A DNA stretch of 29,739 nt, taken from assembly GCA_044352465.1 (NCBI GenBank), contig JBILDU010000031.1, forward strand, positions 1 through 29,739, written 5' to 3'. Under the pieces are notes generated by a model, which was not told the DNA's origin, ran no database searches, and saw nothing but the letters and a program-made list of their open reading frames with translations. Position 1 is the stretch's first letter, and each line of letters begins with the position of its first letter. The position numbers and the translations under genes were made by a program. Below, in pieces: positions 8,937-16,880 of this stretch. This DNA is from Bdellovibrionota bacterium (GTDB lineage Bacteria > Bdellovibrionota_C > UBA2361).

Positions 8937-9224
8937 TTAAACCATCGCCTCTTGAGCCATCGCGCCCGGGTTTGCCTGGGCCTGAATATCAATAGCCCGT
9001 CGGAGGCTGTCGCAGTCGAGGTCGAGCGCTTCGCAGATAAAGCGGAAGGTCAACGGGGCATCGGTCGGCTCGTCGTCCATAAGCCATATACGGGCACCCT
9101 CACGAACCTCGCCTTCGCCGCTGACGTAGTCCGTTACCGCGCGTTGCAGGACCGCAGCTAACAAACGCTTCTCCGGAACAATAGAACCGGCGGCGGGGAC
9201 ATCGGAGTTTGACCAGAATTTCAT
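8937..9224 (-). CDS. Conserved small hypothetical protein, paralog B
   Basis: PEKRLLAAVLQRAVTDY...ARIWL...LTFRFICEALDLD aligns with paralog A. RBS GAGGT lies 8 nt before ATG 9224; GTG 9230 is too close to it. Confidence 0.85.
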   Translation of the reverse strand: MKFWSNSDVPAAGSIVPEKRLLAAVLQRAVTDYVSGEGEVREGARIWLMDDEPTDAPLTFRFICEALDLDCDSLRRAIDIQAQANPGAMAQEAMV

Positions 9225-9277
9225 ACTCACTTACCTCGTATTAATGCTTTCTCAACTAACCAAATATCTAAACTCGG

Positions 9278-9530
9278 GTGACAAAAACCCTGTCCCTTGC
9301 TGGAGTAAATCGACAACAGGGCAACGGGGTCACTGAAGCGAAGGGGACACAATCCCCTGGGCTTCAGCCCTAATTTTTAAAATCGAATTTATGCGGTTTT
9401 GGCGCGGCTAAATTCGTGTCTTACGATGGGCGCTCGACTCTCGACGGGAGCTCTTTAACTTTCGCTAGAAGGATACAGCTCCCTAGCCGATTCAGAGGCT
9501 CAACACGTTCATTCGTTTATTTGTGACCCC
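9278..9530 (-). ncRNA. Candidate structured leader RNA or ncRNA of unknown family
   Basis: Nested helices: 9326-9333/9523-9530, 9334-9367, 9384-9416 and 9446-9483 (GAAA-tetraloop tip), plus a U-tailed hairpin at 9283-9321. G-U wobbles favour the minus strand. Confidence 0.55.
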
Positions 9531-9531
9531 A

Positions 9532-9561
9532 AGGATAGTGGAATGACTATTCTAGAGTCAA
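9532..9561 (-). promoter_or_regulatory. Putative sigma70 promoter overlapped by an inverted repeat
   Basis: TTGACT-N18-TATCCT on the minus strand, with a T-tract upstream. TGACT-N7-AGTCA palindrome at 9544-9560. Confidence 0.5.
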
Positions 9562-9935
9562 GAAAAAAAGACAGGCCGACCGCAGCGGTCGGGGAAAGCT
9601 GGAAACAGTGGGAATATAGCTAGTTACGGAGACTCCCGCAAGAGCATTGTAGTAGAAAGTTAATGTTTAGTTCGCCTCGTAAGACTCCTCCCAAGAACCT
9701 GAGATGGGGGAGATATTAGTCGGACCGATACCGAGCGATACGATCGCGATCACATCGGCCGGGCCGTTGTTGAATATTTCGAAGATATCAATTGAGGCAC
9801 CCCGGGAGAGGAACTGGCGGTGGTTTGTCGGTTGCCTTCGCTCGGGTGCGGCGTTGCTGCGGCGGCTCAGCTGAAGCCTTCTCGGTATGGGCGCGGTTTT
9901 ACATCACAGGGATGAGCTGTTATTTTTGACGAGCT

Positions 9936-11195
9936 ATGTCAACCATCGATGTCAGTTCTGTAACCGCAACGAAACCCGTTACCCCGGGTGCTGCCGCACG
10001 CGCCCTTTTCCCCATTTTCTCCGCACATCCGGGTCTGGCGTATCTCGATACTGCGGCGAGTAGTCAAAAACCGCTCGCCGTTATCGAGCGTATGGATCAG
10101 TACTACCGCGCAGAGCACGCGAACATTCACCGGGGAGCGTACGCGCTCAGTGCGAATGCGACGATTCATTATGAGGAGGTTCGGGAGAAAGTCGCCCGAT
10201 TCCTGAATGCGGTCTCCCCCCAGGAGATTGTTTTTACTCGCGGGGCCACCGAATCGGTGAATTTGGTGGCACGGTGTTTCGATCCGTTTCTGAACCCCGG
10301 CGATGTTATTTTGCTCACACTGCTCGAGCACCATAGCAACATCGTGCCGTGGCAGCTCCTCGCGGCTCGTCGAAATGCGCGGGTGGTGTTTGCGGAGGTC
10401 ACGGCGGAGGGCGCGCTTAATCGGCAGGACTTCCTCGACAAGTTACAAGAGTTTCGTCCTAAAATAGTCGGGCTCACCGCGCTCTCCAACGCTCTCGGCA
10501 CGGTAGTGCCGGTAGCAGAGCTCGTCGGTGCAGCGCACGCTGTGGGCGCGAAGGTTCTCGTCGACGGTGCTCAAGCGGTACTCCACGGTTCCGTTGATGT
10601 TCGCGCGATGGATGCCGATTTCTTTGTGTTCTCGGGGCACAAGCTCTACGGTCCCACCGGCGTGGGGGTGTTGTACGGAAAGAAAGCGCATCTGGACGAG
10701 TTCGAGCCGTTTCTGGGGGGTGGCGATATGATTCGGACGGTCACGCCCACCGGCTCCACGTGGGCGGATACCCCGCAGAAATTCGAGGCGGGGACACCCC
10801 CGATCGCTGAGGTAATCGGACTGGGAAGTGCGATCGATTTTGTGAATTCGGTCGGAATCACGCCACTTCAATCATACGAGGAGGAGCTTTTTCACTATGC
10901 TTGGGAGCTGCTCCGGTCTGAGCCCGGTGTGACGGTCTACGGACCAAAGCGAGTAGAGGGGGAGCAGCAGTCGATCATTTCCTTTAATGTCGGCGGTGTT
11001 CACGCTCACGATCTCTCGACGATCGCGGACTCCCTTAAAGTTCAGATTCGCGGCGGGCATCATTGTGCCATGCCGTTGTTGCGCCGTCTCGGCATCCCGG
11101 CCACCGCCCGAGCGAGTCTCGGTGTTTACACGCTCAAGGATGATTTCCTTCCCCTCCTTGAAGCCATTCGGCGAGCGCGGCAACTCTTCACGTAA
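9936..11195 (+). CDS. sufS: Cysteine desulfurase, SufS (group II) family
   Basis: YLDTAASSQKP, EHHSNIVPWQ, FSGHK (PLP lysine), KFEAGTP and RGGHHCA. Confidence 0.95.
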   Translation: MSTIDVSSVTATKPVTPGAAARALFPIFSAHPGLAYLDTAASSQKPLAVIERMDQYYRAEHANIHRGAYALSANATIHYEEVREKVARFLNAVSPQEIVFTRGATESVNLVARCFDPFLNPGDVILLTLLEHHSNIVPWQLLAARRNARVVFAEVTAEGALNRQDFLDKLQEFRPKIVGLTALSNALGTVVPVAELVGAAHAVGAKVLVDGAQAVLHGSVDVRAMDADFFVFSGHKLYGPTGVGVLYGKKAHLDEFEPFLGGGDMIRTVTPTGSTWADTPQKFEAGTPPIAEVIGLGSAIDFVNSVGITPLQSYEEELFHYAWELLRSEPGVTVYGPKRVEGEQQSIISFNVGGVHAHDLSTIADSLKVQIRGGHHCAMPLLRRLGIPATARASLGVYTLKDDFLPLLEAIRRARQLFT

Positions 11196-11202
11196 GCAGC
11201 GT

Positions 11203-12180
11203 ATGATCGAAGTTCGGGGCGTTTGCAAATCTTTTCGGATTTTCGAAAAGGCGCCCGGGCTCAAAGCCTCTCTCCGCGGTCTTTTTCGGCGGCGCTCATT
11301 CGATCGTCACGCGCTCGTTGATGTTTCCCTCGAGGTTGCTCCCGGTGAGATCGTCGGACTGATCGGTGCAAACGGGGCGGGGAAGACCACTTTAATTAAG
11401 ATTCTCGCCGGGATCCTCGAACCTTCAGGTGGATTTACGCAGGTTCTGGGGTTCACCCCATTCGAGCGTAAAAACGAGTTCCGGCGGCAGATCGCCCTCA
11501 TCATGGGGCAGAAGATGCAACTCGGGTGGGATCTTCCGGCGGCCGATTGTTTCCTCTTGCTCCGCGAGATCTACGCTATCGACAAGCGACGGTGCGCTGA
11601 GCGGATCGATGAGTTAAGTGAAGCACTCGACGTCAAGCGGCTCCTCAACGTACCGATTCGACGATTAAGCTTGGGCGAGCGGATGAAGATGGAGTTGATG
11701 GCAGCGCTGTTGCACGATCCCAAGGTCATCTTCCTCGATGAACCGACGATCGGGCTCGATATTGGAGCGCAACACGCCATTCGGGAATTTCTGAAACGAT
11801 ATCGGGCACGGCAGAAACCAGCGATCATCCTTACCTCACACTACATGGAGGACATCAAGGCATTGTGCGAGCGGATCGTGATTATGCGGGAGGGCCGCTT
11901 CGTCTACGACGGGGGCCTGAGTGAGGTGTTGAACCAGCACACCGATCATAAAGTCGTGACGGTGCATCTCGATCTCGATCGCCCGTATGATCTGACTCAA
12001 GGGGGACTTGAAATAATCGCCGCGGAGGGTGCAGTGGTGAAGATTCGAGCTCCGCGAGACCAGGTAACCGGCACGGTCGCGCGAGCGCTCGAGACGTTAC
12101 CCGTGCTTGACCTCGCGATCGAGGAGCAAGAGATCGGTTCGATCATCGAGCGTTTAATGCGCCGGGAACGGGTGGCGTGA
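11203..12180 (+). CDS. ABC transporter ATP-binding subunit (COG4586-like)
   Basis: GANGAGKTT Walker A, LSLGERMK signature, FLDEPT Walker B and SH loop. Start set at MIEVRG, 7 nt after the sufS stop. Confidence 0.93.
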   Translation: MIEVRGVCKSFRIFEKAPGLKASLRGLFRRRSFDRHALVDVSLEVAPGEIVGLIGANGAGKTTLIKILAGILEPSGGFTQVLGFTPFERKNEFRRQIALIMGQKMQLGWDLPAADCFLLLREIYAIDKRRCAERIDELSEALDVKRLLNVPIRRLSLGERMKMELMAALLHDPKVIFLDEPTIGLDIGAQHAIREFLKRYRARQKPAIILTSHYMEDIKALCERIVIMREGRFVYDGGLSEVLNQHTDHKVVTVHLDLDRPYDLTQGGLEIIAAEGAVVKIRAPRDQVTGTVARALETLPVLDLAIEEQEIGSIIERLMRRERVA

Positions 12181-12989
12181 GCGCGACAGCAACCTTCGTC
12201 GAGGTGGTGACCTTGGAGCTGCGGCGCCGTTTCGCCTATCGAACCGATTTTTGGATCCGCTCGATCCTCTCGGTAGTTGTCCAAGGGACTTTGGGTTACG
12301 CCGTGTGGGCGGCGGTTTTTGAGGCTACGGGGGTTGCAACTATCGGTGGCTATACGCTGGGGGAGTTGGTCGTCTATTATCTTTTTGCCGCGCTGGTGGT
12401 GCTGCTTGTTCGCCCCGATTTCGGCTTCGTCGCTCGCGAGATCTATGATGGCTCGCTGACTCGATTCTTCGTGCTCCCGACCTCATTTTTCCTATATAAA
12501 CTCGGGCAACAGAGCGCCCAGGTTGTGCTCGTCCTATTTCAGATCGTGCTTGTTACCGCGTGCATTTCTCTCAATCCGGGGGGCGTGCTCGGCACGGCGA
12601 GCGTGGGGCTCGACCATCTCCTTCTTGGTGTGCTGGCCGCCCTCGGTGCCGCGTATCTCTACTATGTTTTGGCGTTTCTCTTTGAGTTACCGGCTTTTTG
12701 GATGGAGGAGGTGTGGAGTCTCCCCGTATCGCTGATGTTCGCCGCGAACTTTTTAGGGGGCCTCCTCCTGCCGCTGACGGCTTTCCCTCCATGGGCGCAA
12801 GAGCTCCTCGTGCTCACCCCGTTCCCGTACCTTATTTCATTCCCGGTACGTACCTTCCTCGGTGAGCATGATCTGCCCGCGGTACTCGCAGGTCTTGCCG
12901 TCATCGCGGTCTGGTGTGTTTTCTTCCATCTGGCCGTGCGTTGGGTTTGGCAGCGCGGGGTGTCGCGGTTTACCGGGGTAGGGCAATGA
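12177..12989 (+). CDS. ABC-2 family permease (COG4587-like)
   Basis: AYRTDF, IGGYTLGELVVY, AREIYDGSL and FLGGLLLPL..FP.W...L...PFPY. GTGA overlap with the ATPase gene. Confidence 0.88.
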   Translation: MSATATFVEVVTLELRRRFAYRTDFWIRSILSVVVQGTLGYAVWAAVFEATGVATIGGYTLGELVVYYLFAALVVLLVRPDFGFVAREIYDGSLTRFFVLPTSFFLYKLGQQSAQVVLVLFQIVLVTACISLNPGGVLGTASVGLDHLLLGVLAALGAAYLYYVLAFLFELPAFWMEEVWSLPVSLMFAANFLGGLLLPLTAFPPWAQELLVLTPFPYLISFPVRTFLGEHDLPAVLAGLAVIAVWCVFFHLAVRWVWQRGVSRFTGVGQ

Positions 12990-13783
12990 GGACGCTCCGG
13001 AGATATCTGCGGCTCTACGGAGCATTCTTGAGGCTCTCGATAAGTCGCGGGACCATTTTCCGCGCGGCGTTTTTCTCCCGTTTTTTCATGGATATCGGAT
13101 TTTATCTCTTCGATATTTTGTTTTTTCTCGTGGTCTTTACGAATACATCAGCGCTCGGGGGGTGGAGTAAAGAGCAGGTTCTCGTCTTTATCGGATGCTT
13201 TCTCGTGGTCGATGCACTCCAGATGACGGTGAGCTCCAGTAATCTATGGGCGTTCTCCGATGTCATCAATAAGGGGGATCTCGACTATTACCTCACTCGC
13301 CCGGTTTCGGCGCTCTTTTGTTTAAGCTTGAGGGAGTTCTCACTTAGTTCGTTTTGTAACCTGCTTGTTGCCCTCGCTCTCCTCGGTTGGTTTATCGGCG
13401 GATTACCGGCGACACCGAGCCTTCCCCAACTGATAGTCGGTGGAGTTTTGATCGTCAACGGCGCGTTTCTGTACCACCTCGTGCGACTCATGCTTTTAAT
13501 CCCGGTGTTTTGGATTCACTCGGGGCGGGGACTTGATAATCTTTTCTTCACGACCGTCCAGCTCAGTGAGCGTCCTGAGCGGATCTATAATCCCGCCCTC
13601 CGAACCCTCCTGGTGACGGTCTTACCGTTCGCCTTAATGGCGTCTTACCCGGCCCAAGTGATTGTGGAGCCGTTCGACATCAGGATCGTGCTCCATACAC
13701 TGACGGTGACCGGATTATTTTTCATCGCCGTTCTGATCCTCTGGCGGAATGCGCTCCGAGCCTACAGCTCGGCGTCCTCATAA
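12986..13783 (+). CDS. ABC-2 family permease (COG3694/DUF990-like)
   Basis: LGGWSKEQV, GDLDYYLTRPV and P..IY...LR.LL..VLP. ATGA overlap gives start 12986. Confidence 0.88.
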   Translation: MRTLRRYLRLYGAFLRLSISRGTIFRAAFFSRFFMDIGFYLFDILFFLVVFTNTSALGGWSKEQVLVFIGCFLVVDALQMTVSSSNLWAFSDVINKGDLDYYLTRPVSALFCLSLREFSLSSFCNLLVALALLGWFIGGLPATPSLPQLIVGGVLIVNGAFLYHLVRLMLLIPVFWIHSGRGLDNLFFTTVQLSERPERIYNPALRTLLVTVLPFALMASYPAQVIVEPFDIRIVLHTLTVTGLFFIAVLILWRNALRAYSSASS

Positions 13784-13787
13784 AGGG

Positions 13788-14324
13788 CTATTCCAGAGTT
13801 GGATCGAGGAGGGCCAAGAGGATCGCGCGCGCGGGAGCGTAGACCTGCCCCGGAGCAAAGCTTTCGCGGGGACCGGCGATGTTCAGAACCCTGATGTTGT
13901 GAGAAGCGATCCATCCCCAGAATCTCCCCACATCAGCTCTGGAGTCGAGTTCGAGACTCAGCAACGGTCGGCCGTGCGCGTTCGCACGTTCAATAGTCAG
14001 GGGAGTTCCATCAGTGGGAGTTCCGCGGGATAATAAGAGAGTCGCGTCAGAATCAAGGGCATTGAGTTCGGTGCGGACAGCCGGAGTGGCGCTGCCACAC
14101 TCCTGGAGGGGGTAATGAGGAGGAATCGGGCCGTCCTCAGCCCACCGGCCATCGGGGCACCAACCGCGACAGGGGAGATGGAGCGCCATCGCGACATCGA
14201 GCGCGGCACGATCGACGCCACTCTGTCCTCCCGTGACGATCGTGAGCCGCCGTTTGGGTGCTCTAATCGCGGAGATCTGCTGACCGATAAGAGTTTGGGC
14301 TGTTTCGGGTGAGAGCGGAGTCAT
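13788..14324 (-). CDS. Putative molybdenum carrier protein (SLOG superfamily)
   Basis: IVTGGQSGVDRAALD, GWCPDGRWAEDGPIP, RTELNALDSDATL and VLNIAGPRES. Confidence 0.9.
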   Translation of the reverse strand: MTPLSPETAQTLIGQQISAIRAPKRRLTIVTGGQSGVDRAALDVAMALHLPCRGWCPDGRWAEDGPIPPHYPLQECGSATPAVRTELNALDSDATLLLSRGTPTDGTPLTIERANAHGRPLLSLELDSRADVGRFWGWIASHNIRVLNIAGPRESFAPGQVYAPARAILLALLDPTLE

Positions 14325-14575
14325 ACGGCCATATCAAAAAAAAGCAAATTATTACTCTAGGTCGGGGGCGTTCTCATAGTGGCTGCGGCATCAGCATTTA
14401 GTCAATCTCTCAGCCATCCGCTCGAGAAGGCGGGACCCTTTATCTTGGACACGGTTTTTGCCCCATTGATTCAATAGGTTCTGCTGGCCATGCGGGGGTA
14501 TGTTAAGGGGGGCAGTTAAGCTATCATGTCTCTCGACGTTGTGGACTCAGTTTTTTATCTGCGGTCTCCAGAAAT

Positions 14576-15715
14576 ATGACTGATTGTCGTTGTAACGAAC
14601 GGGAAGAGGGGCGCGATTCACTACCGGTGTCTTCGGCCCTTACCGAGCGCGGTTCTTTTGGCCCGGATTTGCGATTACGCCCCGAACCCTTCTCCTCGGG
14701 AGAGCTTCTTACCCTCACCAGTGCCCTGAAGCTTGGCGCAAAGATATATGAGCCGGTTGTGCGCAGTGGCCTCTCTGACCGGCCGTGTGCGCCCCTGATG
14801 CCGCACGCGGTCGATCTAGCGATCCAGTTGATCGGTCGGGGTGCCCCTCTTCATACCGTCATCGCGGGACTATTTTACGATGTTGAGCAGGGCGCGGTGC
14901 GGGGCTCGCTTGAGGCTTTAGATGCGACGATTGATCGTAAATTCGGCGCGGTGGCTCCAGGTGGGAAAATTTCGACCTTTATCGATGGCATCGGAGAGTC
15001 GTGGGCGAGTGGCGATAGTGCTCGCTTCGATCGCACGGAGAGACTTGCCGAGCAGCTCATCACGAAGGTGGACCCCGGGAAAATTCGCCTGACACCATAC
15101 TCCGAGGCGGACATCCGGTTGATGTCACGCGGAGTTTGGGCGGCGCACAATTTGTTTATCGATGCGAAGCCCCGACCGTGGGGGCCAGCCGAGCAGCTAT
15201 CGATGTTTCGTCACGCCGCTGAGGTGGGGCTTCTTCTCATCGGGGCGCACCAAAGAGCGGAGATCGTTACCGCCGGTTTGATGCATGATTTCTATGAGGG
15301 GTACGTAGTCACTCCGACCCGGGGAGAGATTCAAAGTTACGTCTCCGACCGTTTTGGTGGGGAGATCCATCGATTGCTCGAAGCGGTCACCGAGCCACCG
15401 AAGCGACCGAACCATCAGAATTGGTGGGATCGAAAGCTAGCGGTTATCAGAAGTCTCGAAGAGCACGACGTGGGAGCTAATACCATCGTTTGTGCGGCCA
15501 AAATCTCGACGATCGCAGAGGGGAATAAGTTTCTGCATAAAGGCGGGGAGCTCCAGCGTTGGACGTCCGGGTCGTGGGACGACAATCTGAGGGTATTTCA
15601 GACGCTGCGCGATCTCTTTGAGGAGAAGGGGGTACCACGAGTCCTCCTGGAGCGGTTTGATCTTGAACTTGCTCGATGGCGCTCGAATGCGCCTACCCCG
15701 ATAATCGGCCAATAA
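14576..15715 (+). CDS. Tandem RelA/SpoT-Mesh1-type HD-domain protein with degenerate motifs
   Basis: Two copies of H...V/L..LI.......AGLxHD/YD....FG. The second continues with AVTEP..WWDRK and AAKIST, where ADKxxN is canonical. Confidence 0.75.
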   Translation: MTDCRCNEREEGRDSLPVSSALTERGSFGPDLRLRPEPFSSGELLTLTSALKLGAKIYEPVVRSGLSDRPCAPLMPHAVDLAIQLIGRGAPLHTVIAGLFYDVEQGAVRGSLEALDATIDRKFGAVAPGGKISTFIDGIGESWASGDSARFDRTERLAEQLITKVDPGKIRLTPYSEADIRLMSRGVWAAHNLFIDAKPRPWGPAEQLSMFRHAAEVGLLLIGAHQRAEIVTAGLMHDFYEGYVVTPTRGEIQSYVSDRFGGEIHRLLEAVTEPPKRPNHQNWWDRKLAVIRSLEEHDVGANTIVCAAKISTIAEGNKFLHKGGELQRWTSGSWDDNLRVFQTLRDLFEEKGVPRVLLERFDLELARWRSNAPTPIIGQ

Positions 15716-16019
15716 CATAGACTGCTGTGACGGTTTGAAGAGGCCCGGATGCGGCCTCCTCGAAACTCAAAGCGAGTTCGCCGCGCTCGCAGACAAATCG
15801 GATAAAATACCGCGGGATCGCCGTCCGAAAGGGACCGGTTTTCGCCGTTCGAACTTTTTGAAGGGGGCGGCAATCGGAATCCGTGCGTGGAATCGAATCC
15901 CTCGGGGACTCCCGCGGGGGATGCCGCTCAAGTCTCCAAGCCCCCCTCCCGTGGAATAAATCCGTTTGCCCGCTTTGGGAGAGCGTAATAAATTAGCGGT
16001 GAACTTGAGGGGGGTGGTG

Positions 16020-16775
16020 GTGCAATCCACGAAGATCGACCTATTTTTTTATCGGGCTGGACGCTCGGCGGCGGAGGAAGCTGCCTACGTCGCTTTCAAT
16101 CCGAGCCTCACCCCGGGGAGCCTCGTCGCCGCGACTTCGGTCACGAGCCGTGAAAGCATCAGTAATCAGGTCGCTGCAAAGATGGCGCTCGAGCGGTTTG
16201 TGGAAGGGGTGCTTGATTTCTTTGCGTCGGGAGCCGCTGACTCGAAGAGTCGCACTGAGGATGAGAAGAGCCTGCAGGTTCTTGAGGCTGCTTTTAAAAA
16301 AGCGAACGCCTCGGTCTATCAATTCGGGCACAAACTTGCTGCGGGGGGGCGGATGTCGGCCTCGCTGCTTGGGCTGGTGATCGAGGAGCGCTGTGTGGCG
16401 GCGGGGCGTGCTGGGCGTGCGTCCGCGTATCTCTCTCGTGGGGCCAGTCTTTTCCCGTTTTTTGACCAGCCCCGTGATGTGGGGATGAACGAGCACCAAG
16501 CGCGCGAGCAGCTTGTGGGTGCCCATTCGATGGTGGCCGTGGAGCTCGCCTCGGTCCCGGTTGAGCCGAACGACGTTATCGTGGCTTTCGCGGAGCCTCT
16601 CACCGAGGGGGAGGAGCTTCGGCTCAGGGATTTGGTGCAGAGCGTCGATATGGGATCGGCGAACCCGGCGGAGGCGCTGGTGCGGGGGCTTTTTGGGCGA
16701 GAGCGGGAGGTTACCTTTGCGCTTCTCGCCGTGGTAGGCCCAGCGGCAATTTATCTCGATCGGGCGATTGGTTAG
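16020..16775 (+). CDS. PP2C/PPM phosphatase-fold protein lacking metal-binding aspartates
   Basis: QVAAKMAL, LEAAFKKANASV, RMSASLLGLVI, AGRAGRASAYLSRG, VEPNDVIVAFAEPL and EVTFALL follow PP2C motif order. GTG start chosen after the GAGGGGGG RBS. Confidence 0.72.
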   Translation: MQSTKIDLFFYRAGRSAAEEAAYVAFNPSLTPGSLVAATSVTSRESISNQVAAKMALERFVEGVLDFFASGAADSKSRTEDEKSLQVLEAAFKKANASVYQFGHKLAAGGRMSASLLGLVIEERCVAAGRAGRASAYLSRGASLFPFFDQPRDVGMNEHQAREQLVGAHSMVAVELASVPVEPNDVIVAFAEPLTEGEELRLRDLVQSVDMGSANPAEALVRGLFGREREVTFALLAVVGPAAIYLDRAIG

Positions 16776-16880
16776 TCGGGTTTTGCACACCCTTGCCGGG
16801 CGGGCATGGTCGGCGCGATTCGAGGTGTGCCCTGGACCGTTCTGGTGTATCATGGGAAGGCCATTTTTTGGGGTTAAGTC

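Noticed and set aside
9278..9530. Assignment of the structured RNA to c-di-GMP-I, 6S or tmRNA
   Set aside because: It has a GAAA tetraloop and a GUUGCC but lacks the GGCAAAC/GACGCAAAG core; it is branched rather than rod-like; it has no tRNA-like CCA end.
10987..11202. 72-aa N-terminal extension of the ABC ATPase
   Set aside because: It overlaps the sufS 3' end; the family-typical start MIEV is at 11203.
14503..14519. CtrA-type TTAA-N7-TTAA box
   Set aside because: The spacing is 9 nt rather than 7, and nothing else points to an alphaproteobacterial context.
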